Numbered from the stretch's first letter, positions 1 to 13,286 are shown. The stretch: DNA of 64,000 nt from an uncultured candidate division Zixibacteria bacterium (GCA_963713865.1 OY970208.1:1312001-1376000), one strand, 5' to 3'. Numbers and translations: made by a program. Notes: a model not told the origin generated them from the letters alone.

Positions 1-519
1 TTCTGCAGAGATAAAAAGATTAAATATTCAGGGATAGAACCTAACTTGAACCTGAGGGAAAAATTAAAAGGAGAAGGTTTTCAGGTTATGGATGGTTCTC
101 TACCAGTTCTACCGGAGATGGAAAGAAAATATGATCTGGTTTTCCTGGGTCATATTATTGAACATCTAAAAGATTATACTGAAGTCCTTGAATCATTTGA
201 AAATCTGAAGAAGGTTTTAAAGAATACGGGCTATATTATTCTTCTCTATCCAGAGGTGCCTAAGACTCGATGGTTGTTTTATCACGATTATACTCATTCT
301 TATCCCACCTCGATTCGAAGGGTGGAGGATCTGTTGAAAGATTCCGGGTATAGGGTGATTGAGAGTCATAATTATGTGAGCTTTATCGTAAAAGGAGCCT
401 GGTTATTTTATGTCCTGGGTAAGATTTTCCCTTATTTTTTGTTCGGTGAAAAAAAGAGATATTTCTGGCGGTTATCTTTTTCGATGAATTCTTTTACGGT
501 AGCTCAATTAAAGGTATGA
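1..519 (+). CDS. Class I SAM-dependent methyltransferase (5' truncated by window edge)
   Basis: Frame is open from base 1 (FCRDKKIKYSGIEPN...); motifs YDLVFLGHIIEHL, LKNTGYIIL, DYTHSY. Confidence 0.8.
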   Translation, partial: FCRDKKIKYSGIEPNLNLREKLKGEGFQVMDGSLPVLPEMERKYDLVFLGHIIEHLKDYTEVLESFENLKKVLKNTGYIILLYPEVPKTRWLFYHDYTHSYPTSIRRVEDLLKDSGYRVIESHNYVSFIVKGAWLFYVLGKIFPYFLFGEKKRYFWRLSFSMNSFTVAQLKV

Positions 520-541
520 AAATTACGTAAATGGATTTTAC

Positions 542-614
542 GGGGATATAGCTCAACTGGGAGAGCGCCGCCTTTGCAAGGCGGAGGTTACCGGTTCGAT
601 CCCGGTTATCTCCA
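542..614 (+). tRNA. tRNA-Ala(TGC), CCA not encoded
   Basis: Cloverleaf: GGGGATA/TATCTCC acceptor with G3:U70, anticodon arm CCGCC-TTTGCAA-GGCGG, T-arm ACCGG-TTCGATC-CCGGT. Confidence 0.97.
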
Positions 615-629
615 GAAAATATAAGAAGG

Positions 630-914
630 ATGCATTTCGTATATATAATCCAAAGTTTAATGGATGACAGATACTATACGGGATACACTATAGATTTAAA
701 AAGGAGATTAGAGAGACATAATTCAGGATACTCAAAGGCGACTAAGAAGAGAAGACCTTTTAAGTTAGTTTATTGTGAGAGTTATCAGAATAAAAGTATA
801 GCAATAAAAAGAGAGTATTTCCTGAAAGGCAAAATCGGAGGATCAACTAAGAAAAGTTTAGTTGAGAATTTTCCGAAGGAGGAATTGGTAAGGTATTTGA
901 AGCTGGTAATATAA
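630..914 (+). CDS. Small standalone GIY-YIG nuclease family protein
   Basis: FVYII...YYTGYT.DLKRRLERHN.G...T...PFKLVY.E...A..RE..LK pattern; SD AAGG directly upstream. Confidence 0.9.
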   Translation: MHFVYIIQSLMDDRYYTGYTIDLKRRLERHNSGYSKATKKRRPFKLVYCESYQNKSIAIKREYFLKGKIGGSTKKSLVENFPKEELVRYLKLVI

Positions 915-948
915 TGGGAGAGCGCCGGTTCGATCTCGGTTATCTCCA
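915..948 (+). pseudogene. Internally deleted tRNA-Ala fragment
   Basis: 915-927 identical to tRNA 558-570; 925-948 matches tRNA 591-614 with 1 mismatch; anticodon arm missing. Confidence 0.85.
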
Positions 949-1003
949 AAAAATAGTAGACAGTAGATAGTAGACAGAATATAGGAATTGTTTCATAGAT
1001 ATT

Positions 1004-1016
1004 TGTTCTTTGACAA
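1004..1016 (+). promoter_or_regulatory. boxA-like antitermination sequence upstream of 23S
   Basis: TGTTCTTTGACAA resembles rrn spacer boxA. Confidence 0.55.
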
Positions 1017-1062
1017 TTTAATAGAGAATTAGGGTGAGCATCTTTTAGATGCTACAAATTTC

Positions 1063-4112
<3,050 letters not shown>

Positions 4113-4274
4113 GATTAAAATTTTAAACATCTAAAAGTCGCTCCCCTATTCTTTATTTTAAATAAAAGTTCAAACGCTTAAACGCTCAAAAGCTCAAAGG
4201 TTAGTAAATTGGTGTGGTTGTGGTGGACTATGAACTATCCACTAATAACTAAACACTAATTCTCGAAGAGAATT

Positions 4275-4393
<119 letters not shown>

Positions 4394-4395
4394 GT

Positions 4396-4430
4396 AAATT
4401 TGTCCCGCCGTTGGCGGGACAATTTTGTTT
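4396..4430 (+). terminator. Hairpin after 5S (probable rrn terminator)
   Basis: TTGTCCCGCC-GTT-GGCGGGACAA followed by TTTTGTTT. Confidence 0.65.
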
Positions 4431-4461
4431 ATGGTAGATGGTTCATAGTTAATAGTATTTC

Positions 4462-4614
4462 GTAGTGCGACCCTTTTCCTACTAACGGAGACTACGTCTG
4501 CCGTAGGCACCGTAGGATAGGGTCGCTTGTGTTTTGTAGGGTCAGAACAGTGTTCTGTCCTTATTGGGTGTGCATTTCGTAGCGTCCGATCCTCCTGTGG
4601 CGAGATGTCGGATG
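4462..4614. repeat. Composite REP-like cluster (3 GTAG-footed palindromes), copy A
   Basis: GTAGTGCGACCC..GGGTCGC + GTAGGGTCAGAACAGTGTTCTGTCC + GTAGCGTCCGA..TCGGA; same order repeated at 11805-11935. Confidence 0.85.
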
Positions 4615-4625
4615 TTTTTCTGCCT

Positions 4626-4657
4626 AAATCCCGACTCGAATGAGTTGGGATTTTTTT
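4626..4657 (+). terminator. Rho-independent terminator-like hairpin
   Basis: ATCCCGACTC-GAAT-GAGTTGGGAT followed by T-run. Confidence 0.6.
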
Positions 4658-4791
4658 GTTGACAAAAAAAAGGAAAATCATTATTTATATATCGAAAAAG
4701 GATATTTATATTAAAAGAAGGTTCTACTCACATTGGTAACGAACGGAGCGTCCATGACGAGCAAGAAAGATAAACCTGAGGAAGAAAAGTA

Positions 4792-5265
4792 ATGGAAGAT
4801 TCACGACCTGAAGTTCCTTCACCTGAACAGTCGGTCCAGACCAAAGGAACTGAACCCCCGATTTCACAAGAAGAAATTGCCACCTCTGCCGTGCCGTCCT
4901 CTGGTCGGCGTGCTGCATTCCGGGATATAAGACGCCAACTAACCGACGATGAGTTGTCGAGTACAGGTGTTCAAAAGTTACTCCTCGCCATGCTTGAAGA
5001 GGCGGACACTGATCGTGATAACTTGGAACCGTATGTCAATCTGTATCATGAAGCGGACAAGAAAGCCGCCATACTATCGGAACAGGTGAAAACACAGAAA
5101 ACTGTGGAGATATTCCTCGGTGTTGGAGTTGGCCTAGGCGGTACGATCATCGGATTGACACCTTTCTTTTGGGGAGTCAAAGCGGTGTTTGGTGTCATCA
5201 CGGGATTGGTTGGCCTGGGGTTGATTATCGGAGCAATTGTCGGGAGGAGGATTGTGAAGAAATGA
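4792..5265 (+). CDS. Hypothetical protein, two C-terminal TM helices
   Basis: 157 aa ORF, helical mid-region, hydrophobic Gly-rich C-terminus; ATGA overlap with next gene. Confidence 0.65.
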   Translation: MEDSRPEVPSPEQSVQTKGTEPPISQEEIATSAVPSSGRRAAFRDIRRQLTDDELSSTGVQKLLLAMLEEADTDRDNLEPYVNLYHEADKKAAILSEQVKTQKTVEIFLGVGVGLGGTIIGLTPFFWGVKAVFGVITGLVGLGLIIGAIVGRRIVKK

Positions 5266-5621
5266 ATATGCGAATCATCAAGATCCTCGACAATGGAATC
5301 GCGAACAAGGAGCGTCTTTGGATGAAGGTTCTAGCGAACACGAATCTCATGTATTTTATCGTGTTCGATACAACACACACTTCAGACAACACGATTTCTA
5401 ACATCCAACGCCATGCATATTGGTTCAGCCCAAAGGAAGTAAAGGCGGGAGACAACGTGATTCTTTATACGCGACGAGGAACACCAAGCGAGCAACGAAA
5501 CGCTGATGGTTCAACAAATCATTTCTTGTTTTGGGGGTTAGATAAGACCGTCTGGAACAATCAAGGAGATTGCGCAGTTCTTTTCCAAGTCAATTCTTGG
5601 GAGACATCAAAACAAAGTTAA
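5262..5621 (+). CDS. Hypothetical protein, lamin-tail-domain (LTD)-like
   Basis: Start moved to ATG 5262 (SD GGAGG, ATGA overlap); YWF..KEVKAGDNVILYT..G...FWG...VWNNQGD resembles LTD. Confidence 0.6.
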   Translation: MNMRIIKILDNGIANKERLWMKVLANTNLMYFIVFDTTHTSDNTISNIQRHAYWFSPKEVKAGDNVILYTRRGTPSEQRNADGSTNHFLFWGLDKTVWNNQGDCAVLFQVNSWETSKQS

Positions 5622-5625
5622 AGAA

Positions 5626-6021
5626 ATGAAACGAGAAACAAAAGGTAAGGTAATTCTTACCATCTGCACATTAGCGGGTAGCTATCTAATCTCTGCTTTC
5701 TTGGCTCTTTACAAAGTTCCATTCAGTTTTTCAATTCTTTTGGTGGTCATTATAGCAACTTACTTTTTCTGCGACAGGTTTTTTTATGGACTCTTTCGCT
5801 CTCGGCATCATCAATATGGATATTATGCTGTTCAATTCTTAGCATTTTACCTTTACTGTGTTATGCGGACTTCAGCGAATATAGCTACCTCAAACTTATA
5901 TGAAGCCGCAGTATATCACCTGGGTGGTCGAGTTTTTGCTTTACTATTCTTTCTTTACTTAGTGCTTTATATATATTACAAGTTTAGAAAACCTAAGATT
6001 GATAATTACATCAAGTCTTGA
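5626..6021 (+). CDS. Hypothetical membrane protein (~4 TM)
   Basis: 131 aa hydrophobic ORF 4 nt after previous stop. Confidence 0.55.
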   Translation: MKRETKGKVILTICTLAGSYLISAFLALYKVPFSFSILLVVIIATYFFCDRFFYGLFRSRHHQYGYYAVQFLAFYLYCVMRTSANIATSNLYEAAVYHLGGRVFALLFFLYLVLYIYYKFRKPKIDNYIKS

Positions 6022-6476
6022 ATTGCCCTAAGCGAATGTTATCGTCCGATTAGTCGTCTCGTTAGCCTTGTAGGGCAGGTGCTTTGTGCACCTGACAAAT
6101 GAATAGTATCAGGGCCACGGGGGTCCTGACCTATGCAACTGATATCTTGCGTACCTGAAAATAAATTGAACTGCCTGTATTCAGGTGGAATTTAGAAGAG
6201 TACGGGCAAAAAGGCTTGACTTTTTATGGTAAATTGATAAAATGGGAAAAAGAGAAGCAACACCTGGTAAATAAGGACAGGTAAAGGTACAATTATAACT
6301 CAGAGATGACAATTTGTCTGTAACTTCTGTCGATAAAAGTGATAAAAAGAAGATATGAAAAATTGAACCATTGGTCCTACCGATGCAAAATAAAGTAAAT
6401 CAAGGTATTGGTGTTTCTTTAGCACAAACGGGTTTTCTCAACCATAAGCAGGATTACCTGATGAAATAGGAGAAAG

Positions 6477-7748
6477 ATGGAAACAGCATTAGTTATAAGT
6501 TTTGTGGGTTTGCTTATATTCCTTGCGCACCTCTTTTCGAAGTTGTTTGAGAAGACCAGGATACCGGATGTTCTTGTACTCGTTCTCGTAGGTCTTTTGG
6601 TCGGTCCTATTACTGGACTTGTCTCTCCAGCAGCTTTTGGAAAAGTAGGTGGTATATTTACGATCATTGCGCTCGTTATCATCCTTTTCGAGAGCGGACT
6701 TGGGTTGACTGTCTCAACTCTGCGTGAGTCAATCCTGCGTGGAATATGGTTAACATTAATTAATTTTGTAACGACAGTCGTGGTCCTGGACGCGCTTTTT
6801 ATTCTAATGTTCAAAATGACCATTCTGGAAAGTCTGATCCTCGGTTCAATTCTTGGAGGGACTTCGTCCGCGATTGTGATTCCCCTGGTAGATAGACTGC
6901 GCCTGCAACAAAGTTCGCGCACGGTACTCATTTTAGAATCAACCTTCAGCGATGTCTTGTGTATAGTGGTCACTCTCGGTTTTATTCAGGCATTTAAGTA
7001 TCATGAACTAAGACCGGGATTGATTCTTGGCCAGATAGTTGCTTCGTTCTTACTTGCAGCTGCCATTGGGGCATTAGCTGCTTTCTTATGGTCGACAGCC
7101 CTCAATCGAGTTCGACAACTGGAGGACAATATCTTCCTAACACCGGCATTTGTTTTCATCGTCTTTGGTTTGGCTGAGCTCTTGGGGTACAGCGGGGCAA
7201 TCTCATCATTGGCGTTTGGCATAGTCCTGGGGAATATTCAAAGCCTACCACTTCCCCTATTGAAAAAACTTACCTTCTTTCAACCCGTAAAGCTAAGCAA
7301 AAGGGAGGAGGCGTTTTTCTCTGAGATCGTTTTTCTCCTTAAGGCTTTCTTTTTTGTGTACATCGGCTTATCCATTCCCCTGACTAACCACCTGCTTCTT
7401 CTGGCAGGTTTGGTATTGACTTTCGTATTGCTTTTAATCCGTATACCCGTAGTGCGATTGGCGTTTGACGCATCCACTACAAAATTTGATGCTTCCATAG
7501 CAACGGTGATGGTACCAAAAGGATTGGCTGCAGCTGTCCTTGCTTCCTTGCCTCTGCAGGCAGGTATAGAAAATGGTACGGTAATGCAGTATATAGTCTA
7601 TGCTATGATTCTTTTGACTATTATTACTACAACCGCGCTTATTTTTCTTATTGACAGAGGAATACTTCATCGATTCTATGCATCCTTATTCTCTAAATAT
7701 GCAGATGAAAACCGTGGACGTCAAGGAACTCGAAATGAAGTCCCATGA
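6477..7748 (+). CDS. Cation:proton antiporter (Na+/H+ exchanger family)
   Basis: ~13 TM; IPDVLVL, ILFESGL, GGTSSAIVIP, LESTFSD, PKGLAAAVLA. Confidence 0.9.
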   Translation: METALVISFVGLLIFLAHLFSKLFEKTRIPDVLVLVLVGLLVGPITGLVSPAAFGKVGGIFTIIALVIILFESGLGLTVSTLRESILRGIWLTLINFVTTVVVLDALFILMFKMTILESLILGSILGGTSSAIVIPLVDRLRLQQSSRTVLILESTFSDVLCIVVTLGFIQAFKYHELRPGLILGQIVASFLLAAAIGALAAFLWSTALNRVRQLEDNIFLTPAFVFIVFGLAELLGYSGAISSLAFGIVLGNIQSLPLPLLKKLTFFQPVKLSKREEAFFSEIVFLLKAFFFVYIGLSIPLTNHLLLLAGLVLTFVLLLIRIPVVRLAFDASTTKFDASIATVMVPKGLAAAVLASLPLQAGIENGTVMQYIVYAMILLTIITTTALIFLIDRGILHRFYASLFSKYADENRGRQGTRNEVP

Positions 7749-7876
7749 TAGCGTGCTTAGATATTTACTTAATCTATCTAATCTCTTAGCAATCTTGCAT
7801 AACCATTAAGTCTCACACGAAATGTCACAAAATATGGTTCATACCTTTTAACATGATATTACTAAGAGGAGGTCTT

Positions 7877-9564
7877 ATGATTTCCAAGAAACACCTTCAA
7901 ATAGCTAGCTTGCCAGTTCTACTGATACTTATACTTGTGATGTGGGTTCCAATCGTACGCGCTCAAGCATCTTCCATACAGGAGAACACCACCAAACTAT
8001 CAGAACCAGCCGGATCGCCGGTTATCTTATCCAGCGATACACTTTTTTTTGTTCGAGCGGGGCTCGGACCGTACACATCGGAACAGCGGGCGAAAAGTAT
8101 AATAGATAGATTGAAGAGGTTGCTAAAAGATCCCCTATTTAGAATCGAGTCAATAAGTATATCCGATGACGAGCTGGGTACGAATGTTCTTGCTGGGGAA
8201 GTGATTATAGCAACAGTTACCGATGCGGATACAAAAGCAGTAGGGTTGACCAGGCAGGAACTGGCGAAGATGTACGCGCAAAAAATTCAGAAAACTATGG
8301 AAAGAGTCAAAACTGAGCACAGCCTAAAAACCATTCTGCTTGGCCTTCTTTTCACTCTGATTTCGATAGCAGTTCTTGTAATTATCTTCAAAATGCTCCA
8401 AAGGTTTTTTCCAAAGATGATCTCAAAACTTGACTCCTGGCGTGGCACGCGCATTAAGACCCTTAAGATTCAAACTCTTGAATTGCTTTCTTCAGACCAA
8501 ATCACAGATCTTCTAATAGGAATAGTCAAAATCATACGCATCTTAGCAATACTACTTGTACTCTATTTCTTCATCCCGCTGGTACTCAGCTTTTTCCCCT
8601 GGACCAGAGGTTTCGGGGGAGTGATCATTGGCTACATACTTTCACCTCTAAATGTCATATGGAAATCATTTGTCGCATATCTTCCCAAGGCATTTTTCAT
8701 CGTTCTTATCGTTATCGTTACACATTATATCCTTAAATTTATTCGACTGATCTTTAATGAGGTGGCGAGGGGAAAGATCGTTTTACCCCGATTCTATCAA
8801 GATTGGGCTGACCCAACTTATAAAATCGTTCGTTTCTTGATAATCGCGTTCGTCATAGTAGTGATCTTTCCTTACCTGCCAGGATCCGATGCACCAGCGT
8901 TCAAAGGAGTATCGATTTTTCTTGGTGTTTTATTCTCGTTGGGTTCTACATCTATCGTGGCAAATATAGTCGCAGGTGTGATTCTGACATACATGCGCCC
9001 CTTTCAGAAAGGCGATCGGGTGAAGATAGCCGATACGGTGGGCGACGTGGAGAAGAAGTCACTCCTTGGAACCCATATTCGCACAATTAAGAACGAGGAT
9101 ATCACAATTCCAAATGCTATGGTGCTTGGAAGTCATATCATTAACTTTAGTTCTTCGAACAGGGATCCGGTCTGATTCTGCATACTACCGTCACCATCGG
9201 CTATGATGCTCCATGGAGAACAGTTCATCAATTGCTTATCTCCGCAGCCAAGAGCACTCCGGGAATCTTGAATCAACCAGAACCTTTTGTGTTGCAGACC
9301 AGTTTAGACGATTCTTATGTCAGCTATCAAATTAATGCATATACCAATGAACCTAACCGGATGGCCGAAATTTATTCGGTCTTACACCAGAACATTCAAG
9401 ATAAATTCAACGAAGAGAAAGTCGAAATCATGTCTCCCCATTACAGGGCAGTCAGAGATGGCAATCAAACGACAATACCTGCGGATTATTTGCCACAAGA
9501 ATATCAAGCGCCTACTTTTAGAATTTTAAAAGTGAATGTAGAAGAATCAGACAAATCAAAATAA
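7877..9564 (+). pseudogene. MscS mechanosensitive channel split by a 1-nt frameshift near 9170 (or sequencing error)
   Basis: RPFQKGDRVKI..GDV, IPNA in first frame; continuation GLILHTTVTIGYDAPWRTVHQLL in the frame of ORF 9232-9564. Confidence 0.85.
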
Positions 9565-9579
9565 TTGGAGGAATCAGTT

Positions 9580-10500
9580 ATGGAAGAGTTTGTAAAAAAA
9601 TGGCTGTTCGACCCAACAATTGGACGAGTTGTTCTACTCCTTCTCGGTTTTGTTGTTATAGTTTTTCTAGTCAGCTTCCTTAAACGAAATGTCAATAGAT
9701 ATATACAAGATAAAGATAGTCGCTACAAAACTAAGAAATTTCTGAATTTTGTTGGGTATATCTTAGGATTCAGCCTGATTATAATTATCTATGCCCAGAA
9801 GTTAGGTAGCTTGACCGTCGCTTTAGGTGTGGTGGGGGCGGGGATTGCATTTGCTTTACAGGAAGTGATAGCCAGCGTTGCAGGTTGGATGGCAATTATG
9901 TTTGGAAACTTTTATAGAACCGGTGATCGGATACAGTTAGGCGGCATTAAAGGGGAGGTAATTGATATTGGTGTAATACGAACGACTATTATGGAAATCG
10001 GACAATGGGTAGACGCAGATTTATATAATGGCAGAATTGTCAGAATCGCGAACAGTTTTGTTTTTAAAGAACCCGTGTTCAATTATTCGGCCGATTTTCC
10101 TTTTTTATGGGATGAAATAAAGATTCCGATCAAATACGGAAGTGATTATCAACTTGCCAGGGAAATCTTTTATAATATAGCTCAAGAAGTGGTCGGTGAA
10201 TATGCGAAGTTCGCTAAACAATCCTGGAAGGAAATGGTCAAAAAGTACTTAATTGAAGATGCTATTACCGAACCCCTCGTGACGTTGATTGCGAATGATA
10301 ATTGGGTAGAATTTACTCTACGTTATGTTGTAGACTACAAAAAGCGTAGAAGCACAAAAGATAGGCTCTTCACCCGAATTTTGGAGGAAGCTGGTAAGAC
10401 TGGAGGACAAGTTAGTTTTGCATCAGCCACTTTTCATTTAGTACAGACCCCCGTCATTGATGTCCATCTCTCTCGGGAGAAGGAAGAACCAAAGAATTGA
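9580..10500 (+). CDS. MscS family mechanosensitive channel
   Basis: GAGIAFALQE, GDRIQLGGIKGEVIDIG, IANS..FKEPVFNYS; SD GGAGG before ATG 9580. Confidence 0.92.
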   Translation: MEEFVKKWLFDPTIGRVVLLLLGFVVIVFLVSFLKRNVNRYIQDKDSRYKTKKFLNFVGYILGFSLIIIIYAQKLGSLTVALGVVGAGIAFALQEVIASVAGWMAIMFGNFYRTGDRIQLGGIKGEVIDIGVIRTTIMEIGQWVDADLYNGRIVRIANSFVFKEPVFNYSADFPFLWDEIKIPIKYGSDYQLAREIFYNIAQEVVGEYAKFAKQSWKEMVKKYLIEDAITEPLVTLIANDNWVEFTLRYVVDYKKRRSTKDRLFTRILEEAGKTGGQVSFASATFHLVQTPVIDVHLSREKEEPKN

Positions 10501-10675
10501 ACCAATTGTGGTGGTACGGATACGTTTTCTCTTCTCGAGAAGATGATGGACCAAGTTAGTAGTGACAGAACATTGTTCTGTCACTACAGATCCCCTTTGT
10601 TAGGAGAAAATATTTTATTTACTTGCTCGAAAATCGGTGGACAAATAAAAGATAATATTTTAAGTTTGATCTGTG

Positions 10676-11218
10676 ATGAAATTGAATTACAAAGCAATGG
10701 TCCAGGCTATGACTGAGAATGATTCCGCATACGATGGAAAATTCTATGTGGGGGTGCATTCGACTGGTATTTACTGTCTGCCTTCGTGCAAAGCCAAAAA
10801 GCCAAAAATGGAGAACGTGGTCTTTTATTCTACTCGTGAGGAAGCCATTGCGGTGGGTCTGCGCGGATGTAAGCGGTGTAGATCGGAAAAGTATCCGGAT
10901 GTCCTGCCTGAGTGGCTGCACACCGTCTTGAAATTCATAAGAGAGAACCGAACTGAAAAACTCAACGAAGGCAAACTTACTCAGCTTACCGGTGTGGATA
11001 TATCGACTATTCGGAGATATTTTAAAACCCATCTCGGAATGACTCCCTTGTTTTTCCACCGGAAGATAAGACTAAATCATGCCCGAATATTAATTCAATC
11101 CGGACACAACTATCTTTCAGCCGCTTACGAGTGCGGGTATGAATCGGCAAGCGGTTTTCGTGAGGCATTTGCACGACAGTTTGGTCAACCACCAGGGAGG
11201 TTTTATGCAAAACTGTAG
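10676..11218 (+). CDS. adaA: Ada metal-binding domain / AraC-type regulator (AdaA-like)
   Basis: DGKFYVGVHSTGIYCLPSC...GLRGCKRC plus AraC HTH (GYESASGFREAF..FGQPP). Confidence 0.88.
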   Translation: MKLNYKAMVQAMTENDSAYDGKFYVGVHSTGIYCLPSCKAKKPKMENVVFYSTREEAIAVGLRGCKRCRSEKYPDVLPEWLHTVLKFIRENRTEKLNEGKLTQLTGVDISTIRRYFKTHLGMTPLFFHRKIRLNHARILIQSGHNYLSAAYECGYESASGFREAFARQFGQPPGRFYAKL

Positions 11219-11735
11219 GATTTTATTTCGCAATCTGAATAGCCTGCTTGGAGAAATGATAGCGGGTGCAACTGATAAAGGCGTCTGCTTTTTAGAATGG
11301 CATGACCGCGGGGGAGTAGAACGAATTAAACAAAGGGTAGAAAAACGTTACAAAGTTCCATTGGTTAAGGGGAATAGCCAACACTTAGATCAGCTTGAAA
11401 AAGAGCTAATTGATTACTTTAGCGGAAAACTAAAGAAATTTGGGGTAAAAATTAATGTTACTGGCACACCTTTTGAACAAAAGGTATGGGAACAATTACT
11501 TCAGATCCCTTATGGTGAAACCAGGTCATACACTCAGATAGGGAACCGTTTAGGTAAGCCGGGTGCGCGAAGAGCAGTAGGCCGGGCAAACGGGGCTAAC
11601 TATCTTTCTATTGTTATACCCTGCCATCGGGTAATTGAAGCCAACGGAAACCTGCGCGGCTACGGCGGCAAACTCTGGCGAAAGAAATACCTGCTGGAGC
11701 TCGAGGCAGGATTGAAACCGAAGCTCTCAGTATAA
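11205..11735 (+). CDS. ogt: Methylated-DNA--protein-cysteine methyltransferase
   Basis: GTPFEQKVW..L..IPYGETRSY, RAVGRANG.N, IPCHRV, GYGG; SD GGAGG before ATG 11205. Confidence 0.95.
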   Translation: MQNCRILFRNLNSLLGEMIAGATDKGVCFLEWHDRGGVERIKQRVEKRYKVPLVKGNSQHLDQLEKELIDYFSGKLKKFGVKINVTGTPFEQKVWEQLLQIPYGETRSYTQIGNRLGKPGARRAVGRANGANYLSIVIPCHRVIEANGNLRGYGGKLWRKKYLLELEAGLKPKLSV

Positions 11736-11760
11736 TTTTAGTTCTTTGTTCAAAGTTAGA

Positions 11761-12200
11761 AACGTCCGACTCCACTATAGATGGATATCAGATTTTTTTG
11801 TTTAGTAGCGCGACCCTTTTCCTATTAACGGATCCGCAGGACAGGATCGCCTGTTTTTTGTAGGGACAGAACAGTGTTCTGTCCTTTTGAATAAACATTT
11901 CGTAGCGTCTGATCCGCCTGTGGTGGATGTCGGACATCTTGTTAATTATATTAACCTCACCCTATCCCTCTCCTATGAGAAGAGGATATCTTGTTGCGCG
12001 ACCCTTTCAGTATCGTCAACGATTTTATATTACTCACGTTGGGCAGTAACGTGGATATACTGATCTTAGAAAAGAGAGGGGATTCGTAGTGCGACCCTTT
12101 CAGGGTCGCCAGAGTTTTTATATAACCCACATTGAGGGCAATGTGGGTATACCAATTTAAAACCTCTCCCTATCTTTCTCCTTAGAAAGAAGTAGGGAAA
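11761..12200. repeat. Dense cluster of REP-like palindromes incl. composite copy B (11805-11935) and a tandem duplicated unit
   Basis: Matches 4462-4614; GCGACCCTTTCAG..CG + CACRTT..AAYGTGG unit occurs twice (11997-12062, 12086-12153). Confidence 0.8.
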
Positions 12201-12351
12201 TGTCTTGCGATCATTTTAACGGTCATCTTTTTCTCTGTAATTGCTCGATTTATTGAATCTTATCTTACGGATCACTTTCGGGACAGATACTTTTCTCGGA
12301 CAAAAAATGCCCAGTGAATTAGACAATCAAATATCAATTTCCTTGTCTTTC

Positions 12352-12580
12352 TGTCCAGAATTTGAACAACCATCTCAATTTGGATAACCTTAAGAGTAAC
12401 AAAAACTTAGTATGATGTTTGTCCCGAGAAAAACTCCTTGCTGTCAAGGAAATGGACATTTTAGTAAAGGCAGAAAATATTTCCAACTAAAATATGCTCA
12501 GTAATCTGCTCATAACTTCAACCAAATAAAGAAGATAAAAAAGATATCTTTTTAAGGTGCCCTTTGGTATATGAGTTGCT
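12352..12580 (+). promoter_or_regulatory. Sigma-54 promoter with two upstream TGT-N11-ACA enhancer-like sites
   Basis: TGGTATATGAGTTGCT (GG-N10-GC) at 12565-12580; TGT-N11-ACA at 12352-12368 and 12442-12458; precedes a PEP-CTERM gene. Confidence 0.7.
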
Positions 12581-12671
12581 TAAAATATAATAGAATTATT
12601 ATTTCGAGGTCTTGGAAAATTAAAGAAATTAAACAATTAATTTTTAAACCGCTGCAGGAGGTGAAAGAAAA

Positions 12672-13286
12672 ATGAAGTACTTATCACTCTTAGGGTTAGC
12701 ATTAGTGCTAGTATTCGCTTTGGCTACTTCAGGATTAGCAGTGCCGATGACACTTTTCTTCGATAACAACGATCTGGACTTAGGCACTAACAGCCAGATA
12801 AATGTAACCAACCAATATCAGTCTCTCTACGGGGTTTGGTTCCAGGAGTGTTACCGCGCTATAGACTCACGCGATCCGTGGGTTGATCCATATCCTTTCG
12901 ATGGAGCAAACTTCTCTATCTTCAACGGAACTCTTCAGCAGAACTATATTGTGGGTGTCGAAGGGAGGATCAATTTTGACTATGCCACCCCTTATGTCGG
13001 TTTTGACTGGTGGACTATTAGTAGCAACCAATTGACTATCACAGCCTATAACTCTCTTGGTATTTCCCAGGGCAGCTTCTTCGGATTGGGTGGTACTGGG
13101 GACGTAGCCTCTGGTTCCGCAATTTTCAATGGTGATATATCTTACCTGAAATTCCACGATAGCGGAGGATTCGTCTCGCTATCCACTCTGCGCTATGAGA
13201 CACCTATTCCCGAGCCGGGTACTTTACTGCTTTTAGGCACGGGTTTGTTGGGCATTGGTGCTTTCAGGTTTAGAAGGAGAAAGTAA
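12672..13286 (+). CDS. PEP-CTERM sorting domain protein
   Basis: Signal peptide; C-terminal IPEPGTLLLLGTGLLGIGAFRFRRRK; SD AGGAGGTG. Confidence 0.93.
   Translation: MKYLSLLGLALVLVFALATSGLAVPMTLFFDNNDLDLGTNSQINVTNQYQSLYGVWFQECYRAIDSRDPWVDPYPFDGANFSIFNGTLQQNYIVGVEGRINFDYATPYVGFDWWTISSNQLTITAYNSLGISQGSFFGLGGTGDVASGSAIFNGDISYLKFHDSGGFVSLSTLRYETPIPEPGTLLLLGTGLLGIGAFRFRRRK

Noticed and set aside
9173-9175. Selenocysteine readthrough at the MscS TGA
   Set aside because: The continuation is in a different frame, so this is a frameshift, not recoding.
11761-12200. CRISPR array in the repeat clusters (also 50427-50690, 52675-53750)
   Set aside because: Repeats are heterogeneous palindromes without a constant repeat-spacer period, and no cas genes are present.
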